Positions 25,800 to 33,603 of a DNA stretch of 64,000 nt are shown piece after piece; position 1 is the first letter of the stretch, and each line of letters begins with the position of its first letter. The position numbers and the translations under genes were made by a program. Source of the DNA: a virus; the IMG/VR virus record IMGVR_UViG_3300029940_000031; one strand, written 5' to 3'. The notes beneath the pieces were generated by a model, which saw only the letters and a list, made by a program, of their open reading frames with translations, did no database searches and was not told the DNA's origin.

Positions 25800-26617
25800 A
25801 ATCAACGGTATTCTTAATGTACAAGCCCTTTGACAACCGCATATCGAAGAGGATTAGTACACCTATAAGTGAAACGTTCTTATGCGAGAATGTCACGTTA
25901 ACGTATACCGCATGGTAGGGCGGGCAAGGCGGTAAGAACCCGCGTTAAGACGAAAAGACCAATGAATGTATAACAATGACATATTTCAGTATGGCGGGTG
26001 TGAGATAACTCGCATTTGTCATGCTGTTTCTATTGTATTTATCAATCAGCTCAGAATGCGTCCTCTGGGTTGATAATAAATATAAGTCTATTTCTCTCTA
26101 ATATGTCGGTTCTTGAAAATGAAATGGGGGTGGTTGCTCATGATTGAGTGACACTTGCATTCTAAAAAGCTAAAAAGTATACGTATCTCGTACATTAGTA
26201 ATTACTCAAGATTCTTATTAATGACCAAAACGAGGGCAAAGAGTTCCACTCTTTGTTTGAGCCAATACAGCGGAAACATTCCCCTTCCGTCCCTCTAGTG
26301 TATTGGTTCAAACAAGGCGTCGGAAGAAACATATACGTCTTGGATATAAATTATTGTATAAACGATTTAATCAGCTAAGGCCATGCGACAGCCGATATAT
26401 TGACCAGCTCTACGGAGTATAAACGAGAAGATTCTTAGTCTTTTCCTAGCCACCGAACGTAAAGCGCGTAGCTAATAAGAGCTAAAAAATTACATGATGC
26501 GGTGGCTTGGAGAAGGTTGAGAGTAATCAGCCTTAAAATGATTGCGAAATTTCCCTTTCGTAAATGTTTCTTCCATCCCCTTGAAAGAAAGCTGTCACTC
26601 CGGTGATGGCTTTTTTT
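25800..26617 (+). ncRNA. Candidate long structured non-coding RNA (family unknown)
   Basis: About 0.8 kb with no ORF of 60 aa or more that has an RBS; visibly more G+C than its flanks; helices 26237-44/26248-55, 26259-69/26299-309, 26448-55/26500-07; ends in terminator 26590-26617. Confidence 0.4.
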
Positions 26618-26626
26618 ATAAAAGGA

Positions 26627-26646
26627 TATTGTTGTCAATTGTCGAA
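26627..26646 (-). promoter_or_regulatory. Shared motif, inverted copy upstream of 26691
   Basis: TATTGTTGTCAATTGTCGAA; together with the upstream AGGATAT it also fits AGGAnnT-N14-GAAT (sigma-H-like). Confidence 0.4.
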
Positions 26647-26690
26647 TAAATAAAGGTGGTTAGCACAAATATCCAAAGGGGGAATGTAGT

Positions 26691-27146
26691 ATGAAAAGCG
26701 TAGAAGTTAATGATTCTTTTACTATTGAAACTTGTATTGGTCAAGCAATGATAAAGGACCGAGAAGCAGAACTTAGAGATATTCTAAAAGGCGTGTCTCA
26801 ATTTCATGATTATGATAAGGAATTTCATGTATTCTATCCACAAAACATGTACGATCAAGAAAAAACTTACAAATTGTACTTCTTCTTCAAAAATGAAGTT
26901 GTTATCGGAGAAAGTGTTAAGGATGAAAATAAAAAAGAATTCGTCACGATTACTAGAATGAAGTACCAAAATATAAACGAAATTAAGATTTTACACCTAG
27001 ATGATACATATTTTCTGCATGCGAAAGCAATTGAAATTGGATTTAATAATGGAAAAAGAATCAAACTGGATAGCTTAGAAGATTCTAAAGCCGGCAAGGT
27101 AGATTCCTTTACAAATAAAATTGAACGTATATACACAATGCTATAA
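26691..27146 (+). CDS. 151-aa protein, unknown function
   Basis: RBS AAGGGGGAA; own terminator. Confidence 0.7.
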   Translation: MKSVEVNDSFTIETCIGQAMIKDREAELRDILKGVSQFHDYDKEFHVFYPQNMYDQEKTYKLYFFFKNEVVIGESVKDENKKEFVTITRMKYQNINEIKILHLDDTYFLHAKAIEIGFNNGKRIKLDSLEDSKAGKVDSFTNKIERIYTML

Positions 27147-27152
27147 ATAAAG

Positions 27153-27183
27153 AAAAGTGCATCCATAATGGGTGCACTTTTCT
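27153..27183 (+). terminator. Intrinsic terminator
   Basis: AAAAGTGCA-TCCATAATGG-TGCACTTTT followed by CTTTG. Confidence 0.8.
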
Positions 27184-27310
27184 TTGTTATATATAAATTA
27201 CACATTAAATGTGAATTTGAACAAAATGGACATTTGGTTAGGAGGATTCTATATAAATAGGTAGAATCTAATTACTTGGTTTACATTTTAATCCAAGGGG
27301 TACAAATTCG

Positions 27311-27502
27311 ATGCGACGTGAAAAGGATTTGTTGAAACAATGGAAGGCGGATTTGCAAGCTGTTCAAGAAGAGAAAAGGATGAAGAAGAAGGCTAAGAAA
27401 AAGAATAAGAAATATAGTATTCCAGGTAATACAGCTGACTTCATGGATGGCAAGAATACTTATCGTAAAGAAAATGGGGTATGGAAGCAAAGAAATAAAT
27501 AA
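27311..27502 (+). CDS. 63-aa highly basic protein
   Basis: RBS AAGGGG; KKKAKKKNKK tract. Confidence 0.55.
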   Translation: MRREKDLLKQWKADLQAVQEEKRMKKKAKKKNKKYSIPGNTADFMDGKNTYRKENGVWKQRNK

Positions 27503-27513
27503 TGTGAGGATAA

Positions 27514-27603
27514 ATGATTTTGATTAAGTGTATAGCAATTATCGTAGGCGCTGCCGTGATCTGGGTGGCGTCTTGTTTGCTGTTAAGGAAAGATAAGACG
27601 TGA
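27514..27603 (+). CDS. 29-aa hydrophobic peptide (MILIKCIAIIVGAAVIWVASCLLLRKDKT)
   Basis: RBS GTGAGGA-N5-ATG; single TM plus a basic tail; below the track cutoff. Confidence 0.45.
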   Translation: MILIKCIAIIVGAAVIWVASCLLLRKDKT

Positions 27604-27720
27604 GATAGACTTGCAAATTGAAATATTATTATTTTGAAACATAGACTAGTAAACAAACTATTTCTACCTTTTAATCATAGAATATGATGAATTCTATTTT
27701 TAGAGGAGGGAATCATATCT

Positions 27721-27933
27721 ATGGGATGGGATAATAATTTTGGACATTCTCGAGATTGTAATAGATTTTGGGATGATTTAGTATTTTGCGGTTGCGGCCG
27801 TAGACGAAGAAGAAACGATTTTAACGACTGTCATTGTAGACGTGACTGCGATTGTGATGAGTGTCGTCGTAGACGTAATCATGACCGCGATCGTGAGCAT
27901 GAACATGGACATGGTGAGCATCAAGATTGGTAA
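27721..27933 (+). CDS. 70-aa Cys/Arg/Asp/His-rich protein
   Basis: RBS AGAGGAGGGAA; CGCGRRRRRNDFNDCHCRRDCDCDECRRRRNHDRDREHEHGHGEH; own terminator. Confidence 0.7.
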   Translation: MGWDNNFGHSRDCNRFWDDLVFCGCGRRRRRNDFNDCHCRRDCDCDECRRRRNHDRDREHEHGHGEHQDW

Positions 27934-27943
27934 AGCCTTTTGA

Positions 27944-27975
27944 AAGAGTGCGATGAAAAAACGCACTCTTTTTTG
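27944..27975 (+). terminator. Intrinsic terminator
   Basis: AAGAGTGCG-ATGAAAAAA-CGCACTCTT followed by TTTTG. Confidence 0.85.
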
Positions 27976-28083
27976 TTATGTTTTTAATTAGTACTTATTA
28001 ACCCGAAGGATGCAGTTTCAATTGGATTTAACATTTTACAAAACAAGCGAACACAACGAACGAAAATAAATGTCCTACTTAAC

Positions 28084-28208
28084 TGTCTAAAAGTTGACCC
28101 TTTTGTACAGTAGAAATGTATAGGGTAAAAACTTTGTAAACAGATAGTTGTTAATGTCTAAAAGATAGTCTAAAATAAAAGTATATAATTCTTAAGACTT
28201 TTAGACTA
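28084..28208. promoter_or_regulatory. res-like cluster of resolvase binding sites
   Basis: TGTCTAAAAG at 28084 and 28155; perfect 10-bp inverted repeat TAGTCTAAAA (28166-75) / TTTTAGACTA (28199-208) enclosing TATATAAT. Confidence 0.6.
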
Positions 28209-28224
28209 TTTTGAGGTGATTTGG

Positions 28225-28800
28225 ATGGCTATCGTTGGTTATGCAAGGGTGAGTACAAAAGATCAAAACTTAGATGCACAAATTGAAAGGTTAACAGAAT
28301 ATGGATGTGAAAAAATATATTCTGAAAAGTACAGTGGAGCTAATAGTGATCGGGAAGAATTACAAAAGGCATTAGAGTATATGAGAGAAGGGGATAAATT
28401 TGTTGTTTGTAAAATAGATCGTTTAGCTAGATCGATATTTGATTTGCATAAGATTGTAAATCAATTAGCTGATAGAGGAATAGCGGTGGTATTTCTTAAA
28501 GAACAAATTGATTTTTCTACACCAGCAGGTAAATTGATGTTTACTATGTTAGGGGCTATTGCTGAGTTTGAAAGGGATTTAATTAACGAAAGAACAGCTG
28601 AAGGAAGAGAAAGAGCTAAAGCAATGGGCAAACATATGGGGCGTAAGGGGCAGGATGAAAAACAGGTGAAGCAGGCTATGAACTTATTCTTTAATAGGAA
28701 AGAGAATGGTTTGAGTGTAAATGATATTTCAAAAATGACGGGAGTTCCGCGTTCTACTCTTTATGCTAAAGCGAAAGAATTAAAAGAGGAGGAATTATGA
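28225..28800 (+). CDS. Small serine recombinase (resolvase/invertase family)
   Basis: MAIVGYARVSTKDQNLDAQ with the catalytic Ser context; C-terminal HTH SVNDISKMTGVPRSTLY; start at ATG 28225 behind GAGGTGA. Confidence 0.9.
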   Translation: MAIVGYARVSTKDQNLDAQIERLTEYGCEKIYSEKYSGANSDREELQKALEYMREGDKFVVCKIDRLARSIFDLHKIVNQLADRGIAVVFLKEQIDFSTPAGKLMFTMLGAIAEFERDLINERTAEGRERAKAMGKHMGRKGQDEKQVKQAMNLFFNRKENGLSVNDISKMTGVPRSTLYAKAKELKEEEL

Positions 28801-28971
28801 TGGAGGAATATGAACAGCTACGGCAGGAATTTTGAAATATAAGTAATCAGTTAAAGTAGCGAATCCGCTGCTTTTTTATTTTATAAAGAATTCACTTTAA
28901 ACATTTTTCATAGTTAAGAATACTTATGTAAATATGGTAACAGATTTGATTCTTGGAATGAGGGGATCGAT

Positions 28972-29247
28972 GTGGATATAACGAAAAGTATGGCAAGAAT
29001 AGTTGTTAATGGGATAAATCTTCCGTTTACTTCAGTTAGGACAACTGCATGGATTAATGGACCTGCAAATGATTTAATTGTTACGACTAGGCAAAGAGTG
29101 AATGAGCTTTATCGTGTTATGTGGTCGCGGGTGCCAGTCATGCTAACAATGTATTTCATTCAGGGGGCGGACATGGTGAGATTTGCTAGGGTTGCAGGAG
29201 TTGATGAAAGTATAACGGGAGAATATATATATCATTTTATTTGGTGA
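28972..29247 (+). CDS. 91-aa protein, unknown function
   Basis: GTG start after GAGGGGA. Confidence 0.55.
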   Translation: MDITKSMARIVVNGINLPFTSVRTTAWINGPANDLIVTTRQRVNELYRVMWSRVPVMLTMYFIQGADMVRFARVAGVDESITGEYIYHFIW

Positions 29248-29292
29248 TAAGAAGAACTTTAAGTAGCCTAACAGCTGCTTTTTTATTTTATA

Positions 29293-29365
29293 AAAAAAGA
29301 ACCTGCAAACCTGCAGATTCTCCTGATAATGATTTATATAAATAAGATTCGAAAATGAGTTCAAG
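29293..29365. repeat. Direct repeat R1 flanking the 2-TM gene pair
   Basis: AAAAAAGAACCTGCAAACCTGCAGATTCTCCTGATAATGATTTAT...CGAAAATGAGTTCAAG. Confidence 0.85.
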
Positions 29366-29378
29366 AACGCTTGTTGAT

Positions 29379-29600
29379 TCAGTCTGTTCTGTAATCGTTG
29401 TTTCTAATTTTCTTTTTTATATCTAAAAATCCTATAAGCATAATTGCTATAAATATTAATTTAGTCCAATAAAATTCTTGATGGAACATTAGCCCATAGA
29501 AGAAATCAAAAGCATATATTAGACCGATGATGGGGAATAGCCAAATCATAAATTTCAAATCTTTTAAATGATATTTGTAATTATTGATTTTTTTCCACAT
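29379..29600 (-). CDS. 73-aa two-TM protein (paralog of 29619..29816)
   Basis: TAGGAG-N9-ATG; ends KKKIRNNDYRTD. Confidence 0.65.
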   Translation of the reverse strand: MWKKINNYKYHLKDLKFMIWLFPIIGLIYAFDFFYGLMFHQEFYWTKLIFIAIMLIGFLDIKKKIRNNDYRTD

Positions 29601-29618
29601 ATGTATCAACTCCTAATG

Positions 29619-29816
29619 TTATGAGGTTCTGTAGTTTTTCTTTTTAAAATCGCGCATGTTGAGGATAAAGAATAGAAGGAAGATAACAGCTCCGATGCCA
29701 TTAATCCAGTAGTATGTGCGCCCTGTTGTGAATCCGTTATAGAATTCATAGGCATTCCAAATTACAAGAAGTACTGAACAGACAGTGGAGATCATTAATG
29801 AGCCAAAACTTCTCAT
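29619..29816 (-). CDS. 65-aa two-TM protein
   Basis: GAGGTGA-N5-ATG; ends FKKKNYRTS. Confidence 0.65.
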   Translation of the reverse strand: MRSFGSLMISTVCSVLLVIWNAYEFYNGFTTGRTYYWINGIGAVIFLLFFILNMRDFKKKNYRTS

Positions 29817-29894
29817 GATTTTCACCTCAATTCAAAATGTTAGAACTTATTTACAATTTTACATTTAAATAAATAGATTTACAAGAAGAGGAAT

Positions 29895-29988
29895 AAAAAA
29901 AGAACCTGCAAACCTGCAGATTCTCCTGATAATGATTTATGGAGCAAGACCCGAAAATATAATACAACAATTCAAAAATGAGTTCAAG
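29895..29988. repeat. Direct repeat R2
   Basis: Same 45-nt core as R1, then a 21-nt insertion, then ...GAGTTCAAG. Confidence 0.85.
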
Positions 29989-30181
29989 TAAATAAAAAGA
30001 ACCCGCTGGAGTTCGGGTCCTTTCAGAAGTGATGATGTATTCTCGGCTCGAGAACTGAGAAAAACACAAAAATATAATACATCGAGTTTTAGAGAATTTC
30101 AATACTAAATTTGGGATTACCATGAGGAGGAGTTATGACGAGTTTCATCCTATTAATATAGAAGGTGGTGGGTGATATGAA

Positions 30182-30940
30182 GTGAAACAAAAACATGAGT
30201 TAGCTCAAGAAGATTACATGCAAGGTATGAAGTATAAGGAACTGGCTGAGAAATATGAGGTTAGTGTTAATACAATTAAGTCCTGGAGAAAAAGGCATGG
30301 TTGGAATCGAAAGAGGGTGCACCAAAAAGATGAAAAAGGGTGCACCCAAACCAAGAAAACAGGTGCACCCTTTGGCAATAAGAATGCGGTGGGTAATTCG
30401 GGTAACAAGAACCCTAAATGGGGTAATAAGAATGCTGTGGGTCATGGCGCTCCAAAAGGGAACCATAACGCTATGACGCATGGATTTTTCCGCAAACACT
30501 TTCCAGAAGATGTGGCGGATTTAGCTGCTGAAATCATGGAGAAGCATCCAATTGATATGTTATGGGAAAACATAACGATTCAATACACAGCTATTATTAG
30601 AGCACAACGATTGATGTTTGTTAGATACCAAGAAGATACGACGAAGGAACTACGCAAGAATAAAGTTACAGAGGGTGGATTTGAAGAAGAATGGGAAATC
30701 CAATTCGCTTGGGACAAACATGCCACATTCCTAAACGCTCAATCCAGAGCAATGAGCACTTTGTCTTCGCTTATTCGAGACTTTGATAAGTTAGCTAATA
30801 TAGATGATGAAAGACGTGCTAAATTGAGCCTGATGAATGCTCAAATAGACAAGATTAGAAATGAATTAAAAGACGAAAATCCAGCAGAAGACAAAATCGG
30901 TCAATACTTGGATAAGTTAGAAGGTGCGTTTAAGAAATGA
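30182..30940 (+). CDS. terS: Terminase small subunit
   Basis: HTH YKELAEKYEVSVNTIKSWRKRHGW, then GNKNAVG-type repeats; ATGA overlap with terL. Confidence 0.8.
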   Translation: MKQKHELAQEDYMQGMKYKELAEKYEVSVNTIKSWRKRHGWNRKRVHQKDEKGCTQTKKTGAPFGNKNAVGNSGNKNPKWGNKNAVGHGAPKGNHNAMTHGFFRKHFPEDVADLAAEIMEKHPIDMLWENITIQYTAIIRAQRLMFVRYQEDTTKELRKNKVTEGGFEEEWEIQFAWDKHATFLNAQSRAMSTLSSLIRDFDKLANIDDERRAKLSLMNAQIDKIRNELKDENPAEDKIGQYLDKLEGAFKK

Positions 30941-32166
30941 GCATGAACGAGCTATATAACAAAAAGCAACAACAAGTATTGAATTACGTTTATAACAATG
31001 ACTACTTCATGTTAATACAGCATGGAGCTAAACGTACTGGTAAAACAATCTTAAACAATGATTTGTTCCTTGCTGAGTTAAGACGAGTAAGAAGAATTGC
31101 TGATAATGAAGGTGTAGATTTACCACAGTATATATTGGCTGGCGCATCATTAGGTACATTAGCAAAGAACGTACTCATTGAACTTACAAATAAGTATGGA
31201 CTTGATTTTCAAATGGATAAATACAATCGTTTTAAATTATTTGGCGTTCTTGTTTGTTGCACGGGTCATTCTAAGATAAGCCATTTAGATACTATTCGTG
31301 GTATGACTGCTTACGGCGCTTATGTGAATGAAGGTTCTCTTGCTAATAAAGATGTATTCGATGAGATTAAATCACGTTGTAGTGGTGAAGGTGCTCGTAT
31401 ATTAGTCGATACGAACCCAGATCATCCGGAACATTGGCTTAAAGTCGATTACATTGATAAAGACGACAACGTAACAATCAAAGCATTTCAATACGAATTA
31501 GATGATAATACATTCTTAAACGAAAGATACAGAGAGCGTATTAAAGCTTCTACTCCTGAAGGAATGTTTTATGACCGTAACATAAAGGGATTATGGTGCA
31601 GTGCTGATGGAGTTGTATATAAAGACTTTAATAAGGATGTACATTATATAGAAGAAACTGATCTAAAAGATATTAAATTCACGAAATACTTCGCTGGTGT
31701 CGATTGGGGTTACGAGCATTTTGGCTCCATTGTTGTTATTGGTGAAGATGATGAAGAGAATCTATACCTTTTAGAAGAACATGCAAAACAACATGAAGAA
31801 ATAGATTTCTGGGTAGGTGTCGCTAAAGACGTAAAATCACGCTATGGTAACATCTTTTTTTATTGTGACAGTGCAAGGCCTGAACATATAAAACGATTCA
31901 AACGAGAGGGATTACGAGCAAGAAACGCTGATAAATCTGTCTTATCTGGTATAGAAATGGTTGCAAAGTACATCAAAACAGAAAGCTTCAAGGCTGTATC
32001 TGAGCGTGTGGAGCGATTTAAGAAAGAAGTATTCATGTATGTTTGGAATGAGAAAACAGGTGAACCAGTGAAGGAATGGGACGATGTATTAGATGCTGTA
32101 CGATATGCTATTTATACAGAGAAAAGTGAAAATAGAAAAGCAAGAGCTGTTAAATCAATTTATTAA
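30937..32166 (+). CDS. terL: Terminase large subunit
   Basis: Walker A HGAKRTGKT; size and position before the portal gene. Confidence 0.85.
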   Translation: MSMNELYNKKQQQVLNYVYNNDYFMLIQHGAKRTGKTILNNDLFLAELRRVRRIADNEGVDLPQYILAGASLGTLAKNVLIELTNKYGLDFQMDKYNRFKLFGVLVCCTGHSKISHLDTIRGMTAYGAYVNEGSLANKDVFDEIKSRCSGEGARILVDTNPDHPEHWLKVDYIDKDDNVTIKAFQYELDDNTFLNERYRERIKASTPEGMFYDRNIKGLWCSADGVVYKDFNKDVHYIEETDLKDIKFTKYFAGVDWGYEHFGSIVVIGEDDEENLYLLEEHAKQHEEIDFWVGVAKDVKSRYGNIFFYCDSARPEHIKRFKREGLRARNADKSVLSGIEMVAKYIKTESFKAVSERVERFKKEVFMYVWNEKTGEPVKEWDDVLDAVRYAIYTEKSENRKARAVKSIY

Positions 32167-32178
32167 GGAGGTGAGACG

Positions 32179-33603
32179 ATGTTTGAACACTATATTCCGT
32201 TGCTGGATGAACAGAATGGCGAGCCTACCTCAAAGTTACTAAAAAAAATTATTGATGAGTTTGAACCATTAAAACAACGTATGATTAACAGGTACGAGCG
32301 ATACAAAGCAAGTGAAAAGGGAGTGCCTATCTTTACTCGCGAGTTTAAAGGTGATGGTAATAAAGACAAGGTTAACAATAAGCTAAACAATGACTTCTTT
32401 TCTGAAATTATCGATACAAAAATCGGTTATATGTTTGGGTTGCCTATCTCATACAGCTTAGATCATGAAGATGATGAAGTATTGAAACGTATTCAGGACT
32501 TTTTAAAAGCGAATCATACTGAGGATGCTGACGCAGAAACAGGGAAGTTCGCTTCTATTTGTGGATACGGAGCGAGACTACTGTATCACGATAAAGAAGG
32601 CATCGAAAAGGTTATGAATATCAAACCTTACGAAGCTATATTTCTTACGAATTCAAGCATTGCAGAACCTAAATACGCTATACGCTGCTATCCAATCAAA
32701 GTAATTGATGGTGATGATTTCAAGGATGGTTACAAAGTAGAGTTTTACAATGAAACAAACATTATTGAGTACACTGGTGAAGATTTAGATAAGTTAACAG
32801 AGACTGACCGTATTCCTAACTTATTTAAAGGTGTGCCACTTATTGGGTTTCCTAATAATGAAGAATTACAAGGCGATGTAGATAAAGCTATTTCCCTTAT
32901 TGAAGGTTATGACCGTTCGTTTTCCGATGTAAACAGTGAGATTGAACAGTTTCGTCTGGCTTATATGATCTTTAAAGGCGTTGATATAGATGATGATACT
33001 ATCGAGAAGCTAAGAAAAACTGGTGCTCTTGATGTAGGTGAAGATGGTGAGGCTTCTTTCTTAACTAAGGACCTTAATGACAACATCTTAGAACACCATC
33101 TTGACAGATTAGAAAAGAATATATGCCGTTTCACAAAGCATGTGAACCTTTCTGATGAATCATTTGGTGGTAATCTTACTGGTGTTGCTATTCGTTACAA
33201 GTTATTAGCTTTAGAAACTAAATCAGGAACATTAGAAATGAAGTTTACTAAGTCATTGCGACAACAATTTAAGTTATTGTTTGATGCTTGGAACTTACGC
33301 TCAAATAAAAGAGAACTAGACTACCTTTGTATGACGTTTCAATTTACGCGAAACCTTCCAGCCAACTTAGCTGATGAAGCTGATGTGCAGTCTAAACTAC
33401 AAGGTTTAGTAAGTGAAGAAACACGATTATCTATGTTATCTGTTGTTTCTGATCCGAAAGCGGAAATACAGAAGATGCAGGAAGAAGAAGCGGATTCCAT
33501 GAATCTCGACAAGGTAGGTGAGCCTAATGGAATGGGACAAGAAGCAGAAACACCTCCAAAAGATAGAGGACGAACTGGAAAAGGCGATTCTCTACCTGTA
33601 TAA
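32179..33603 (+). CDS. Portal protein (SPP1 gp6-like)
   Basis: 474 aa directly after terL; acidic C-terminus. Confidence 0.85.
   Translation: MFEHYIPLLDEQNGEPTSKLLKKIIDEFEPLKQRMINRYERYKASEKGVPIFTREFKGDGNKDKVNNKLNNDFFSEIIDTKIGYMFGLPISYSLDHEDDEVLKRIQDFLKANHTEDADAETGKFASICGYGARLLYHDKEGIEKVMNIKPYEAIFLTNSSIAEPKYAIRCYPIKVIDGDDFKDGYKVEFYNETNIIEYTGEDLDKLTETDRIPNLFKGVPLIGFPNNEELQGDVDKAISLIEGYDRSFSDVNSEIEQFRLAYMIFKGVDIDDDTIEKLRKTGALDVGEDGEASFLTKDLNDNILEHHLDRLEKNICRFTKHVNLSDESFGGNLTGVAIRYKLLALETKSGTLEMKFTKSLRQQFKLLFDAWNLRSNKRELDYLCMTFQFTRNLPANLADEADVQSKLQGLVSEETRLSMLSVVSDPKAEIQKMQEEEADSMNLDKVGEPNGMGQEAETPPKDRGRTGKGDSLPV

Noticed and set aside
26259-26309. Hairpin GAGCCAATACA...TGTATTGGTTC as group II intron domain V
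   Set aside because: The GAGCC...GGTTC ends, including the G-U pair, mimic domain V. However, the element is 51 nt rather than ~34 nt, lacks the 2-nt bulge and GNRA loop, and there is no reverse-transcriptase ORF or GUGYG 5' end in register.
5774-27966. Assorted antisense or AT-rich track ORFs (5774..6010, 7639..7887, 12327..12518, 20098..20283, 21050..21469, 21490..21840, 21773..22018, 22048..22299, 22940..23125, 25274..25534, 26435..26638, 26784..26969, 26867..27205, 27281..27490, 27441..27656, 27778..27966)
   Set aside because: Each lies opposite to or out of frame with a better-supported gene, or inside the ORF-free structured block. All lack an RBS and have Phe/Leu/Ile/Cys-rich products typical of random AT-rich frames.
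29143-30123. Track ORFs 29143..29364 and 29851..30123, which share INHYQENLQVCRFFFY
   Set aside because: The shared peptide is simply the translated direct repeat R1/R2. Neither ORF has an RBS or other coding features.
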